Source: Phaeosaccion multiseriatum | Lineage: Eukaryota; Protista; Ochrophyta, other classes | Direction of reading: 5' to 3' | Length of the DNA: 64,000 nucleotides | Assembly: GCA_965112735.1 (NCBI GenBank) | Contig: OZ218954.1 | Span: 2,480,001-2,544,000, forward strand | Part shown: positions 36,158 to 46,400 of the stretch, one piece after another | Layout: the number at the start of each line of letters is the position of its first letter | How positions within the stretch are numbered: position 1 is the first letter of the stretch | Program-made: the position numbers and the translations under genes | Notes under the pieces: model-generated | Told to the model about the DNA's origin: nothing | Seen by the model: the letters and a program-made list of their open reading frames with translations, nothing else | Database searches by the model: none

Positions 36158-37105
36158 ATGCTTAGGGTCCTTCGTGTAGTTGGTAGGCCAGCTTCCTTAC
36201 AGCGCCAAGGTGACGCGGCCTTTGCTTCGTACATTGGGGCGAGTAGGCATGCCTCCTTCACCGAGCCGCCGAGGGATGTTGCGACAACACTCCCGGCTGC
36301 CATCTCTGTGAGTGCCCCTCTCCTCATCTCCTTCTCTCTCCCTCCGCCGGTTTGTGGCTAACTCTTGGCATGTCTCATTTCGCATGTTCAGGAGCTCTCC
36401 CCAGGTGGACAGGGGATTGATACAGGCGTTCTATCCCATCTGCAAGCCGGGCTCTGTTACTTTCATGATATGACGGGTCTCCCGTGGTGGGCCAGTATCG
36501 CCGTGAGTACGCTAGTGGTGCGGAGTTCGATGCTGCCTTTGGTGTGGTTTCAGACGAGACATGTCGGGCGACTTGGAGAGGCCCTTCCTACATTGAAGCA
36601 GCTCACATCCCTGTTGAAGAACTCTCTTCAGAGGCCTGGGCAGCAGCAGCACGTTTCATACGGGCACTTCACTGTGGGGGTGAAGAGCATTTTCAAGTTG
36701 CACAAGTTCAACCCTTCTCTGGCAGTGGCAGCCCCTCTACTGAACGCTTCGCTTTTCTTGTCCTTCGTTTTGGCGACGCGGCAGATGGTCAGGAGTGCTG
36801 TGCCTGGTCTGGAGGAGGGGGGCATTTTGTGGTTTGAGAATCTCAGTGCTGTGGACGGGACAGGCGCACTGCCGTTGATTGCGATTGCAGCGTCTTACGG
36901 CACTATGGATATGAGTTTCGGCAATCAGGAGGCTCTTGAAAAGTCGCCGAAAATCCTCTTTTTCAAGTCTTCCCTCCAGAGTCTGCTTATTTTCTCGACT
37001 CCTCTGGTTTTGTCGCTACCCCAAGGAGTCTTCATGTACTGGATACCCAGTACGTTGTTTACGGCGTGCCAGCACCTATATCGACGAAAAGCAGGAGAGG
37101 TATAA
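36158..37105 (+). CDS. OXA1/COX18 (YidC) family mitochondrial insertase (1 intron)
   Basis: HDMTGLPWWASIAVSTLVVR, GLEEGGILWFENLSAVD, LPQGVFMYWIPS; R-rich MLRVLRVVGR presequence. Confidence 0.88.
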
Positions 37106-37126
37106 TTTCATCATATGTACATGTAT

Positions 37127-40100
37127 TTAAAGGTCTTCTGCGGGGTATTTGGTGACGCCTGTAGCCTCAGCGAAGCTCAAATTGGCTGCCTTGAAAAATG
37201 CGTCGGGGTCCGTTTTCTTGGGCACAAGCTTAGATATTGGCTTGGAAGATGGCCCGGACTCCCACTTGTACGGAAACTTGTCCTCCCGGCCGCCGGCAGC
37301 CGAAACAGCGGCTCGGACATGAATGAGACTCGCTCTGTCCATATCGGCATTCTGCGTCAAGGACGGAAGCATGGGGTTGATAATTTGGACCACTGCCATG
37401 GAGCCCTCCAGCAACTTGTAGTTTTTGTTCCGGAGGTTGTCGATGACAGCCTCCACAGGCTTCTCTTGATCCAGCATGTCAACCGGGAATGGACCGACAA
37501 CGAGAGGAACCAAATAGGTGCCCTTTCCGATGTACCCATCCAGCGTGAAAACCGGGATGATGCCCCACCCGCCCAGTTGCCGCTTGGTCGAAGGCTGCTC
37601 CGGTACGAAGCCATTCTTCTCGATGCGGATGCACCGCACATCGATGATGATGCACTGGCCCAGGTCGTGGTTTACATGCTCGTACGTCTTCGGCTCGTCC
37701 ATAAAGCGCGGCGCGGACTGAGAGCTTGTCAAGTCGTACTTGAGGGTGAAGTCTGCTTGGTCTGTCAGGGGTGGGTCTTGGTAGTAGAAACCGGGAAGAA
37801 GGAGAGAGTACACCACTTTGAAGATGTACTTCTTGCTCCCTCCTGGTGCCATGTTGACGAGGCCAGCCAGTCTGAACGAGAAACCCTTGTCCGGGTTGTA
37901 CTTGGCAGACCAACGATAGTCGACCATCTTGCGTCCTTTGGTGGCCATGGCGGACTCCATCCACTTGATAAAAGGCTCGCTGTTGCTCTCTTCGTACTCG
38001 GGCACTCCTTCCTGACCATCATCTGCATCCGGGTTGAAGGCCAAGTGAGCCACAATGGATATCCGCTCATCATCTTCAGTCATACTCAGAATTGAAACTT
38101 CGCCCTCCGAGAAAGGGGCACGGCTGTTCTCATAGACGCCCGGCAAATACTTTGGAGCAGGCTCCACCACCTTGAGCTTTTCCCAAAACTCTTTGGGTAC
38201 AGATTTGTCCGACAGGTTGGACTCTCCGTCCTCGGAACGGGCACATTCTCGAATTCGCAACAGGACTGTAGCACATGGCACCCGCCGAACGTCATCAAAG
38301 CACCCGTCCACGATATTTTTCACGTCGGAAGGCGGTCTGGAGTACAATGGGATCTCAAAGTTCCCCTTGTTCAAGAATAAAGCTGAATTCCCCCACTCTG
38401 CCGAGGTCGGTTGCCGGCCCTGCTCATCACAGAAGACGGGGAAAGCCGTGTAGCCCACCACTTTAACCTCCGCCGACTGCCTTTCCACAGTCTCGATCTT
38501 GACTAGCAGTGTGAGAAGGGCGCTGGGGGCCGGCTCTCTGAATTCGCGCCGCAGATGATACATGGGCTTTTTCGAGTAGCTCATTGGGGACGAAAGTGCA
38601 TGAACTCCCTCGTCGTTTAGAGTGTCCAGTGCAAAGACCCTCAATACCGCTTTCGAAATGGTGCAAGAGCTAGGCAGTCCACGTGCGCCGTCCACGTACA
38701 CATCAAAGCCCTTGCCTGGCGTGAAGGGTGTCTTGGCTTCCAAAGAGCGTTTCCTTGGCTGAGGCTGCTCCTTTTTGTCCATCAGGACCTTCGTTGGACG
38801 TGCGGCTTTACGAGATGATCCCTGCTTCTCCTCTTCGCCCTCTTTCTGCTGTGATACTTGTTTGGGCGCCTCCCTCTCCTCATTCGGGATGTCCCCAGGC
38901 CTGTTGGCCAGCTGGTCTCGAAGACTGTCCAGTTCCCTGCGCATCGAAGCCATTTCTGCCCTGCGCTCCTTCTCGTCTTCTCCCATTTGGTTCTTCTGCC
39001 CAAAGTTGTCCACCCTAGTCTTGAAGGATGCGGCAGGCTTCCTGCCCTTCTGCTTCACTCTGTACTTCAAGTTGCAGAGGAAAATAACAATGCGCCAACA
39101 AACACCTCTCCACAACTTGACCCTCTCCGCCGGCGTACAGAGCACACTCTTGTAAAGATGTGCCGTTGCCGCATCGACGATGAAGCTGTTCGCGTTGGAA
39201 ATGTCTTGGGCGTGAACGACGCGCAGAAATACCTTTCCAATAGCGTCCTCAGCTGTCAAAATGTTGTAAGCGCCGACACGCAGGTCCACACTTCCCCGCA
39301 TGAGAGGAAGACATATCATACCTGCTCGTAGGCCCAAAGACGTGACATCCCTTTTCTCAGGGCGGAACAGATGAAGAGACGCCCATCCTAGACTCTCCGG
39401 GGAGGAGCGGCCTGCCGTCGATTCACCAGTCTTGCTATTCTTGAATTGCACCTCAACCATAACCCTCGCTTGTGGATTGGAGGGCAGATACTCGAAGGTG
39501 CGGCTGTACGAAAGTGTACACATCAGCGCGTCTCCCAAGGCCTTGGTGGACACCCAAGCTGTTGAGCTCATCTTTGATAGAGCTTTGGTGCCGAGATACA
39601 CGCCGAGCGCAACGCGGACTTTGCCAACCGCCTTTCGCCCTCTCTTCTTCGGTAAACCCGTCACGTAGTCGCAGAGAAGTGACAACCCAAGGTTCTGGTT
39701 GTAGGGCCGCTGTATCACACTTCCCAAGCCCACTGCCTGGCCAGAAGACGATGTAGATAGACTTTGCTGCTGGTGTGGAAGCGTGGTCCCTGCCTTGACG
39801 AGTTCTGCTAACTGTCGCTCCTTGGCGAGAATCTTCTTCATTTTCAAAGCCTGCAGCTCCCTCTTCTGGTCCTCCAACCACTTTTCATGCGCAAGAGCCT
39901 TGGCATTAGCTTCTTGCTCCCCCTTCATAATCTCTTTCATGTCCTCGAGCCGCTTCCGCATTTCCAGCTCCTTGATTTCGAATTGCAATTTGAGCATTTC
40001 CTCCTCGTGGACAGCGCTCAGAGCCACCAACTCGGGTGTAGGGCTCCCATGCAGCCGCCCTCCAATACCGTCCGATGACTTCCGAGAAGAGGCGGGGGGT

Positions 40101-41590
40101 GTGGGTGTGTTGGATTTGATGGGTGGCGAGAAATGGGGTGGATACAAGGGGGCAGGTTGCGGAAAAGACGATGGCCCTCCTGCGGGATTGAAAGGCACGA
40201 GACCCTGGCTGAGGGAGTGCATCTCCTGCATCAAACGCATGTTTTCTGCTTCCACGGCGGCCAAGTAGGGATTCCCCGGGTAGCCGACTGAAGTACTGAG
40301 CAAAGGGTGCTGTGGCAGGTAGCCGCTGCTACCCCCTGGACCCATGCCGAAGGCACCATCGAAAGGACCGCCAGTTGGGGGCCCATGTAGAGGCTCCTGT
40401 GACTCCTGACCATGTTTTGTATGACCGTCCTGTTGCCAATTGTCTTCCTGAGGTTGGCTTTCCCCTTCCGTTGAGGATGGTTTCTCTCCTCTCTCTAGCA
40501 GCGGTGGGTTCTCTTCATCACAACTTTCGAGCGCTTGTCCAGAATACGTGTCCTTCTGAACACGCTTACTCTCCGACACACTTTGCGATGTCTCGAGCTG
40601 CTCTGACTCTCTCTCCCCCATAAGAGCATCTCGAGTGACCTCCTCTTCATCGGCCTTGAGCCACTTGTCCAAAAATTCCTGGGCAAGCAAGTCCCCGATG
40701 CCCTCGGTCTCTTCGTGGCCTCCGTTTGCCGCACACAATTGCCCCCCCACGCCGTCCATGCTTTCTACTGCCGCCTTCATTTCCGCGAGGTAGGCCTTTT
40801 TCAAGTGGGCAATCCGCTCTTCCTGACTCTTTAGGCCGGCATCAGACAGAAGCTTGTGGAGAGAGTCTTCGCCGTTTTCCAAACCCTGCTGAGAAAGACT
40901 GTCTAGCTCTTCCCTCAATGCGCAGAGATCATCTTCTAGTCTCAGTCTCTCCTTTCGCAAGCCTTCAGTGCTAGTCCCGAACTTACGTGCAAGCTGGACC
41001 TGTCTGCCCACAATCTCCTCCTTTTCACCCCGCCACACGGAAGCGACAGGACCCCCGCTTTCCGCCTGCTGACGCAGCCTTGCATTTGCCTCCTCTAGAG
41101 CATCGTGGTGCTCCTGATCCTGACTCATAATGGCCTCACGCACAGCTTGGATTGCCTCCAACTTTTCCCGTTCCTTTTGGAGTAGCATTTCTCTCTCCTC
41201 CTGCAGGGTCACGAGCTCCAATTGCGTCTCCTTCTGCAGTCCAGCAAGGTGAGACCTCTTTAGTGAAAATAAATCCTTCACTAATTTGTCACGCTCGTCC
41301 CTCTCCTCGATGAGACTCTCTCGGTGCAGCTCCTCCGCTCTCTGAAGGTCCATCAACTCCTGTTCCCTGCCGCGCTTGTCATTCATAATCTCTTGCTGCT
41401 CTAGTCTTAGATTCGCCAGTTCACTGAGTCGAGCCTTATCCTGGTGCTTGTCCAGAAGCTCCGACCGCACACGGCGAACCACCACCTCCGGTGGAGCAGA
41501 GGGAAGCTGCTGGACGCCTTCTAACCCCTCTCCCCTCGTGTCGGTGAGGTCCAGATACCGTCGGGCATCAGACATCAGCGACAAATTCAT
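37127..41590 (-). CDS. 1487-aa intronless coiled-coil protein with C2-like domains (CCDC17-like, possibly ciliary)
   Basis: Single ORF; long E/K/R/Q coiled coil; PYNQNLGLSLLCDYVTGL, LGWASLHLF and GFDVYVDGARGLP resemble C2-type domains. Confidence 0.7.
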   Translation of the reverse strand: MNLSLMSDARRYLDLTDTRGEGLEGVQQLPSAPPEVVVRRVRSELLDKHQDKARLSELANLRLEQQEIMNDKRGREQELMDLQRAEELHRESLIEERDERDKLVKDLFSLKRSHLAGLQKETQLELVTLQEEREMLLQKEREKLEAIQAVREAIMSQDQEHHDALEEANARLRQQAESGGPVASVWRGEKEEIVGRQVQLARKFGTSTEGLRKERLRLEDDLCALREELDSLSQQGLENGEDSLHKLLSDAGLKSQEERIAHLKKAYLAEMKAAVESMDGVGGQLCAANGGHEETEGIGDLLAQEFLDKWLKADEEEVTRDALMGERESEQLETSQSVSESKRVQKDTYSGQALESCDEENPPLLERGEKPSSTEGESQPQEDNWQQDGHTKHGQESQEPLHGPPTGGPFDGAFGMGPGGSSGYLPQHPLLSTSVGYPGNPYLAAVEAENMRLMQEMHSLSQGLVPFNPAGGPSSFPQPAPLYPPHFSPPIKSNTPTPPASSRKSSDGIGGRLHGSPTPELVALSAVHEEEMLKLQFEIKELEMRKRLEDMKEIMKGEQEANAKALAHEKWLEDQKRELQALKMKKILAKERQLAELVKAGTTLPHQQQSLSTSSSGQAVGLGSVIQRPYNQNLGLSLLCDYVTGLPKKRGRKAVGKVRVALGVYLGTKALSKMSSTAWVSTKALGDALMCTLSYSRTFEYLPSNPQARVMVEVQFKNSKTGESTAGRSSPESLGWASLHLFRPEKRDVTSLGLRAGMICLPLMRGSVDLRVGAYNILTAEDAIGKVFLRVVHAQDISNANSFIVDAATAHLYKSVLCTPAERVKLWRGVCWRIVIFLCNLKYRVKQKGRKPAASFKTRVDNFGQKNQMGEDEKERRAEMASMRRELDSLRDQLANRPGDIPNEEREAPKQVSQQKEGEEEKQGSSRKAARPTKVLMDKKEQPQPRKRSLEAKTPFTPGKGFDVYVDGARGLPSSCTISKAVLRVFALDTLNDEGVHALSSPMSYSKKPMYHLRREFREPAPSALLTLLVKIETVERQSAEVKVVGYTAFPVFCDEQGRQPTSAEWGNSALFLNKGNFEIPLYSRPPSDVKNIVDGCFDDVRRVPCATVLLRIRECARSEDGESNLSDKSVPKEFWEKLKVVEPAPKYLPGVYENSRAPFSEGEVSILSMTEDDERISIVAHLAFNPDADDGQEGVPEYEESNSEPFIKWMESAMATKGRKMVDYRWSAKYNPDKGFSFRLAGLVNMAPGGSKKYIFKVVYSLLLPGFYYQDPPLTDQADFTLKYDLTSSQSAPRFMDEPKTYEHVNHDLGQCIIIDVRCIRIEKNGFVPEQPSTKRQLGGWGIIPVFTLDGYIGKGTYLVPLVVGPFPVDMLDQEKPVEAVIDNLRNKNYKLLEGSMAVVQIINPMLPSLTQNADMDRASLIHVRAAVSAAGGREDKFPYKWESGPSSKPISKLVPKKTDPDAFFKAANLSFAEATGVTKYPAEDL

Positions 41591-41766
41591 GGTGGGATGA
41601 GCTCAGGAGGCAACGCCCGCCCCCCCACCCCCCCCGAATGCAACCCGGGTGGGCCGGACGCGCCGTAGCACACCGCACCAAGCGCGGGACGAAAATAACG
41701 TGTGAAAGAATCTCATTGACATATGTACAGTTTTTCCCATTGTATTTTCCTTCTTTTTCAACCTTC

Positions 41767-43216
41767 CTAACCCCCCCTGAACACGCGGCCGTCTGGCAGT
41801 GATCGTGTCGCTAATGTGGAGTCTGGGAAAATCAACGCTGCCAGTATACTTGACGGCTGCTGGTTGGCTTTTTGGCCGTCCATTCGAGCAAGAACAGCGA
41901 CAAGCTGATCATAGCCGAAAGAAAAGGCTTTGAGACAGTCCGCGACCTGGTCGAAGACGGGGGAATTTGAATAAGCTCTAGACAAAAGACATGCGCGCGC
42001 ACTATAAGCAGAGGATGGGTGACGGACGAACCTTGTAGGAGTTCTTGCCAACATCAATGTCTGGGTCCTCCGGGTTCTCGACGCAAATTAGGTTTGGCCG
42101 CGCCGCATCGTCCCATCGCCTCTCCCACTTTTTGAAGTATGAGCCCCCATCGCGTAAAGAGATGGCGGTAGTGGAGATGTTGAACTTGTTCCCGTACAGA
42201 TTGAGAAAGGACAGGAGGAGAGAGCCGAGGTTGTTCTGGTACGAATATTGCTCTTGCGCCTTCTGAACGAGGAAGAGGGAAGGAAAGGGTCAGTGTGGCG
42301 TCATTACGGTCTACGCTGGGTTCTCCCCGCCAGAAAGAAAGAAGTACCTGCGCATTCGTGTGCTGCACCAAGCTGGTCACCATCAGCTGAAGCAGAAAGG
42401 ACCCGATTCCACCTTGATACGTTTCGTTCAAAAAGCGCTGTGCCAGGAAATACTTGAGTATGAGGACCAGCGGTCGCACCGTCGGCATCCGTGTCATGAT
42501 ATCCGTAACCATTTGGGCGGTCTTTAGTCCCGTGGCCATGTTGAAACAGATGTCACAATGCCTCCCCGTGTTGGTGTGAACAAACTTGATGATTGGGACT
42601 CGGGCCTTGGCAATCACTTCAAGGTTGTGCACGCCTCCGCAATTCATTTGCCGGCGCAGCATCTTGACGGCGGCAGGCAGTAGAGTGCAGGAGAAGAATG
42701 TGAGAAGGAAGAAACAACTAAGCGGGAGAGCAAGAGCCCCTCGCTCCTCCAAACCTGGCACAGTCGTATACCTTTGCTAACACGAAGATGGCACCCGTTG
42801 GGGCATTGCTGACGATAAGGTCAATGTCACTGGTCGGCAGGACTAGACGGGTAAGCTGGGACCCAAAAACGTCCACGCTGGCCTGGTGCCCAAACCCCTC
42901 CAAAACCAAGCCTTGCACCAAAGTTAGCACGGTAGCCCTGCAACGCAACGTGGGGGGGGGGAGTTAGAAACAATCGAGGCACGGCATATCCCTAACAGCC
43001 TCGCAAAGGGCCTCACGTGTCTCGGATTTCTTCGGCGGTGGGCTGCAGCAAGTCGCACAAGTCCAGGACCTCATTGTGCAGGGAAGCCAAGCAATCTCCA
43101 GGTACGAAGCTGCTCGCCCGAAACCATGGCGGCTTCTGGTCGCTGCTGTCTTGTTCTACTGCGGCTGCGGCTGCTGCAGATCGTTTCGCAGGAATGCTTA
43201 TGAACTCGTCGTCCAT
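41767..43216 (-). CDS. non-canonical poly(A) polymerase TRF4/PAPD5 (TRAMP) family (multi-exon)
   Basis: LHNEVLD, VFGSQLTRLVLPTSDIDL, AKARVPIIKF, LNETYQGGIGSF, ICVENPEDP. Confidence 0.9.
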
Positions 43217-43493
43217 CTTGCTTATTTTTGCTCCGTGGGACTGGGAGGGAGGGGACGAAAAAGCGAAATAAAAGTAAAATGGGGTGGTGTCCCCCCTCCA
43301 GTGGACCTCTTCTGCTCAAAGAGAGAGAAGGGGGGCAAGGGGAAACCAGTGGAGGATGTCGGATCTTAACCTGCATGCCTTGTCCTCCCTCTTTGGTGCT
43401 GAAGAAGCCAAGAGTGGTTCGGCTTTAACTTTCCTTGAGCGTTCTAAGGGCCGATGGGTGGGAGGGCGGCAGTGTAGAAACTCTCGAGTGGAA

Positions 43494-46400
43494 ATGCTGG
43501 AGGCGGTGAGAGCGGCGGCAGCTGGCGGCGAAGATGGCAGTAGTATGGGTGCCGACGAGGGTATCAAGGAGGAACTCGTTGCTCTGTACGGAAAGCATAA
43601 CCCCGCAAAGCTGGCGGACCTCCCGGGCATGCTCGTGAAGTACGAGGTGAGCCAAGCAAGTTGTTCTAATGTGGGGAAGCCTGAGGCGGCGGACATTTCT
43701 GATTGATGGACCTGATTGTGCAGGGACGCTTGGGGGAACTACTGGAGAGAGCCAAGAACAAATATACAGGGAAATTCCCCCCTGCCGACGGACACGGCCC
43801 CGTCGTATACTTGGACCTCACCATCGGTGGCAGCCCAGTCGGTGAGGAACTGCATGCTTGTTGTGGCCGCTCCTTTCGCTTGCCCCTTCATCACTGGCTT
43901 TTTTGGTTGGCCTGTATATGGACAAATGCGTTGCTCATGTCGAAATGTGGGTACACTCCACAGGACGAGTCGTGATCCGCCTGTTCAAGGATCGCGTGCC
44001 CATTACTTGCGAGAACTTCCGAGCCCTATGCACTGGAGAAAAGGTACTTTCAAAGCAGCACCAGTTGAGCCAGAAAAATCATGTACTAGTCCTCGCTCAC
44101 AGATGCTGTTCTGTCAAGACAGTCCTACCACGGGAAGCAGTTGTCGTACAAGGGATGCTCGTTCCATCGAGTTTTGCCGAACTTCGTGCTTCAAGGGGGA
44201 GACTTTACTCGCCACGATGGAACCGGGGGGCACTCAATCTACATTGGGACAGAGCGCGCGGATAAGAACGGAAAGTTCAAGGACGAGGAGTGCTTCATGA
44301 AGCACCATACCCATGGCCTGCTGTCCATGGCAAACGCAGGTAAAACACACCCACAGTGCCGAACGAGACATTGAGACATTTACACCATTCCAACGCGTTT
44401 TCCGCACGGCCCTACGCAGGCCCAAACTCCAATGGGAGTCAGTTCTTTATCACCTTGAGAGCCGCACCTCATCTCGACGGGAAGCACATCGTGTTTGGCA
44501 AGGTCGAGGGCACATCTAGCCTCAAAGTCCTGGACCGGGTGAAGGCTGTGAAGACGAGAGGCGACGGCAGGCCTACTAGCGAAAACCATGTTTCCATTAG
44601 CAATTGCGGCGAGCTCGAAGGTGACAGCAAAGTGTGCGAGAAGAGCACCGATGTGGGAACGGCGGGCCGTGGCCTGGACGGGGTGGTAAGTAGAAGCTGG
44701 CAGGCACGGACTTCATCTTTACCCAAGTCTAGTTTTGCTAACGCCCGCAACTCAACAATCTCACAAAAGGGGGGGCGCGTCTCCTGGGTTGAATCCCCAA
44801 AAGAGAGCAGCTCCACCGGTCCTGCTTCTCTGACCTTCGCCAACGGCAGCTGGTCCCCATTTGTGGCCGCCTCTGACAAGCGGAGCGCACTTTCGGGAGT
44901 CAACGACGAGGTCCCGTGCACAAGAACCGAGGAGGCAGGAGCTGCAGGGAAGAGCGATAGTTTTGGCGGTGTGGGCAAGTTGACTGCGGGGCAGTGGAAG
45001 TGCCCGAGCTGCCTGGTTCCCAACGCACGGGATGTGGTGGAGTGTGCTGCCTGTGGTACTCTGAACCCCACGGCGGCGGCAGCAAGTAGGACGGGAGGAG
45101 GTGATAAGGCTGCAGCAGTGCTCTTCGGCGGTAGCAGCAGCAGCAGCGGCATCGGTGGCCAGAGCTCACTCGCCGCTGCTGGTGGCGACTCGTGTATTGG
45201 GTCGGGAGGGTTCAGTTTTGGGGCGAGCTCGGGGGGCAATACGACGTTCTCCTCCTCTCCTAGTGGCGGCAGCTCGGCAGGTGTGACAGTCAAGGACAGT
45301 CAGGCGAGCGGCTCTTGTGCCACATCGACGGGCGGAATCGCGCCTGGCGGATTCATGTTTGGTATCGGTGCTGTGGCATCAAGTGAGCAAGGCAGGGTGA
45401 AGGACAAGTCGGAGGGAGAGGGCAACAGAGAGGAGGAGGAGCAGGTGGAGGTGGTGGTGGAGGAGGATGAGGAGGAGGAGGAGGAGGAGGAGGAGGAGGA
45501 GGAGGAGGAGGAGGCTGTCTTGGGCGCGGACGGATACGAATACCCCGAGAGTGACGAAGATGAAGACATGGCGCTGGAGAAGGAGAAGGCGAGGCGCGCA
45601 TTTGACAGGTGTGGTGGGTCTGATGCGTCGGGGCTTGGTGAGGATAGATGGCCGGCCTTGTTCAAAGATCTTGGGACGACTTACGGCAAGGAGGAGCACG
45701 GACAAAAGATGCAGGCACTCGCGGACGGGACTGGGTTGGTGTCAAGAGCTGCTTTCGTGACGTGGTACATTGACTGGCTCTTCGGGAGCGACGACGAGGA
45801 GGAAGAGGACGGCGAGGACGAGGAGGACGAGGAGGAGGACAAGGAGGAGGGGGGCGCGGCGGTAGGGGCAGCAGTGAAGAGCGATAGTTTTGGCGGTGTG
45901 GGCAAGTTGACTGCGGGGCAGTGGAAGTGCCCGAGCTGCCTGGTTCCCAACGCACGGGATGTGGTGGAGTGTGCTGCCTGTGGTACTCTGAACCCCACGG
46001 CGGCGGCAGCAAGTAGGACGGGAGGAGGTGATAAGGCTGCAGCAGTGCTCTTCGGCGGTAGCAGCAGCAGCAGCGGCATCGGTGGCCAGAGCTCACTCGC
46101 CGCTGCTGGTGGCGACTCGTGTATTGGGTCGGGAGGGTTCAGTTTTGGGGCGAGCTCGGGGGGCAATACGACGTTCTCCTCCTCTCCTAGTGGCGGCAGC
46201 TCGGCAGGTGTGACAGTCAAGGACAGTCAGGCGAGCGGCTCTTGTGCCACATCGACGGGCGGAATCGCGCCTGGCGGATTCATGTTTGGTATCGGTGCTG
46301 TGGCATCAAGTGAGCAAGGCAGGGTGAAGGACAAGTCGGAGGGAGAGGGCAACAGAGAGGAGGAGGAGCAGGTGGAGGTGGTGGTGGAGGAGGATGAGGA

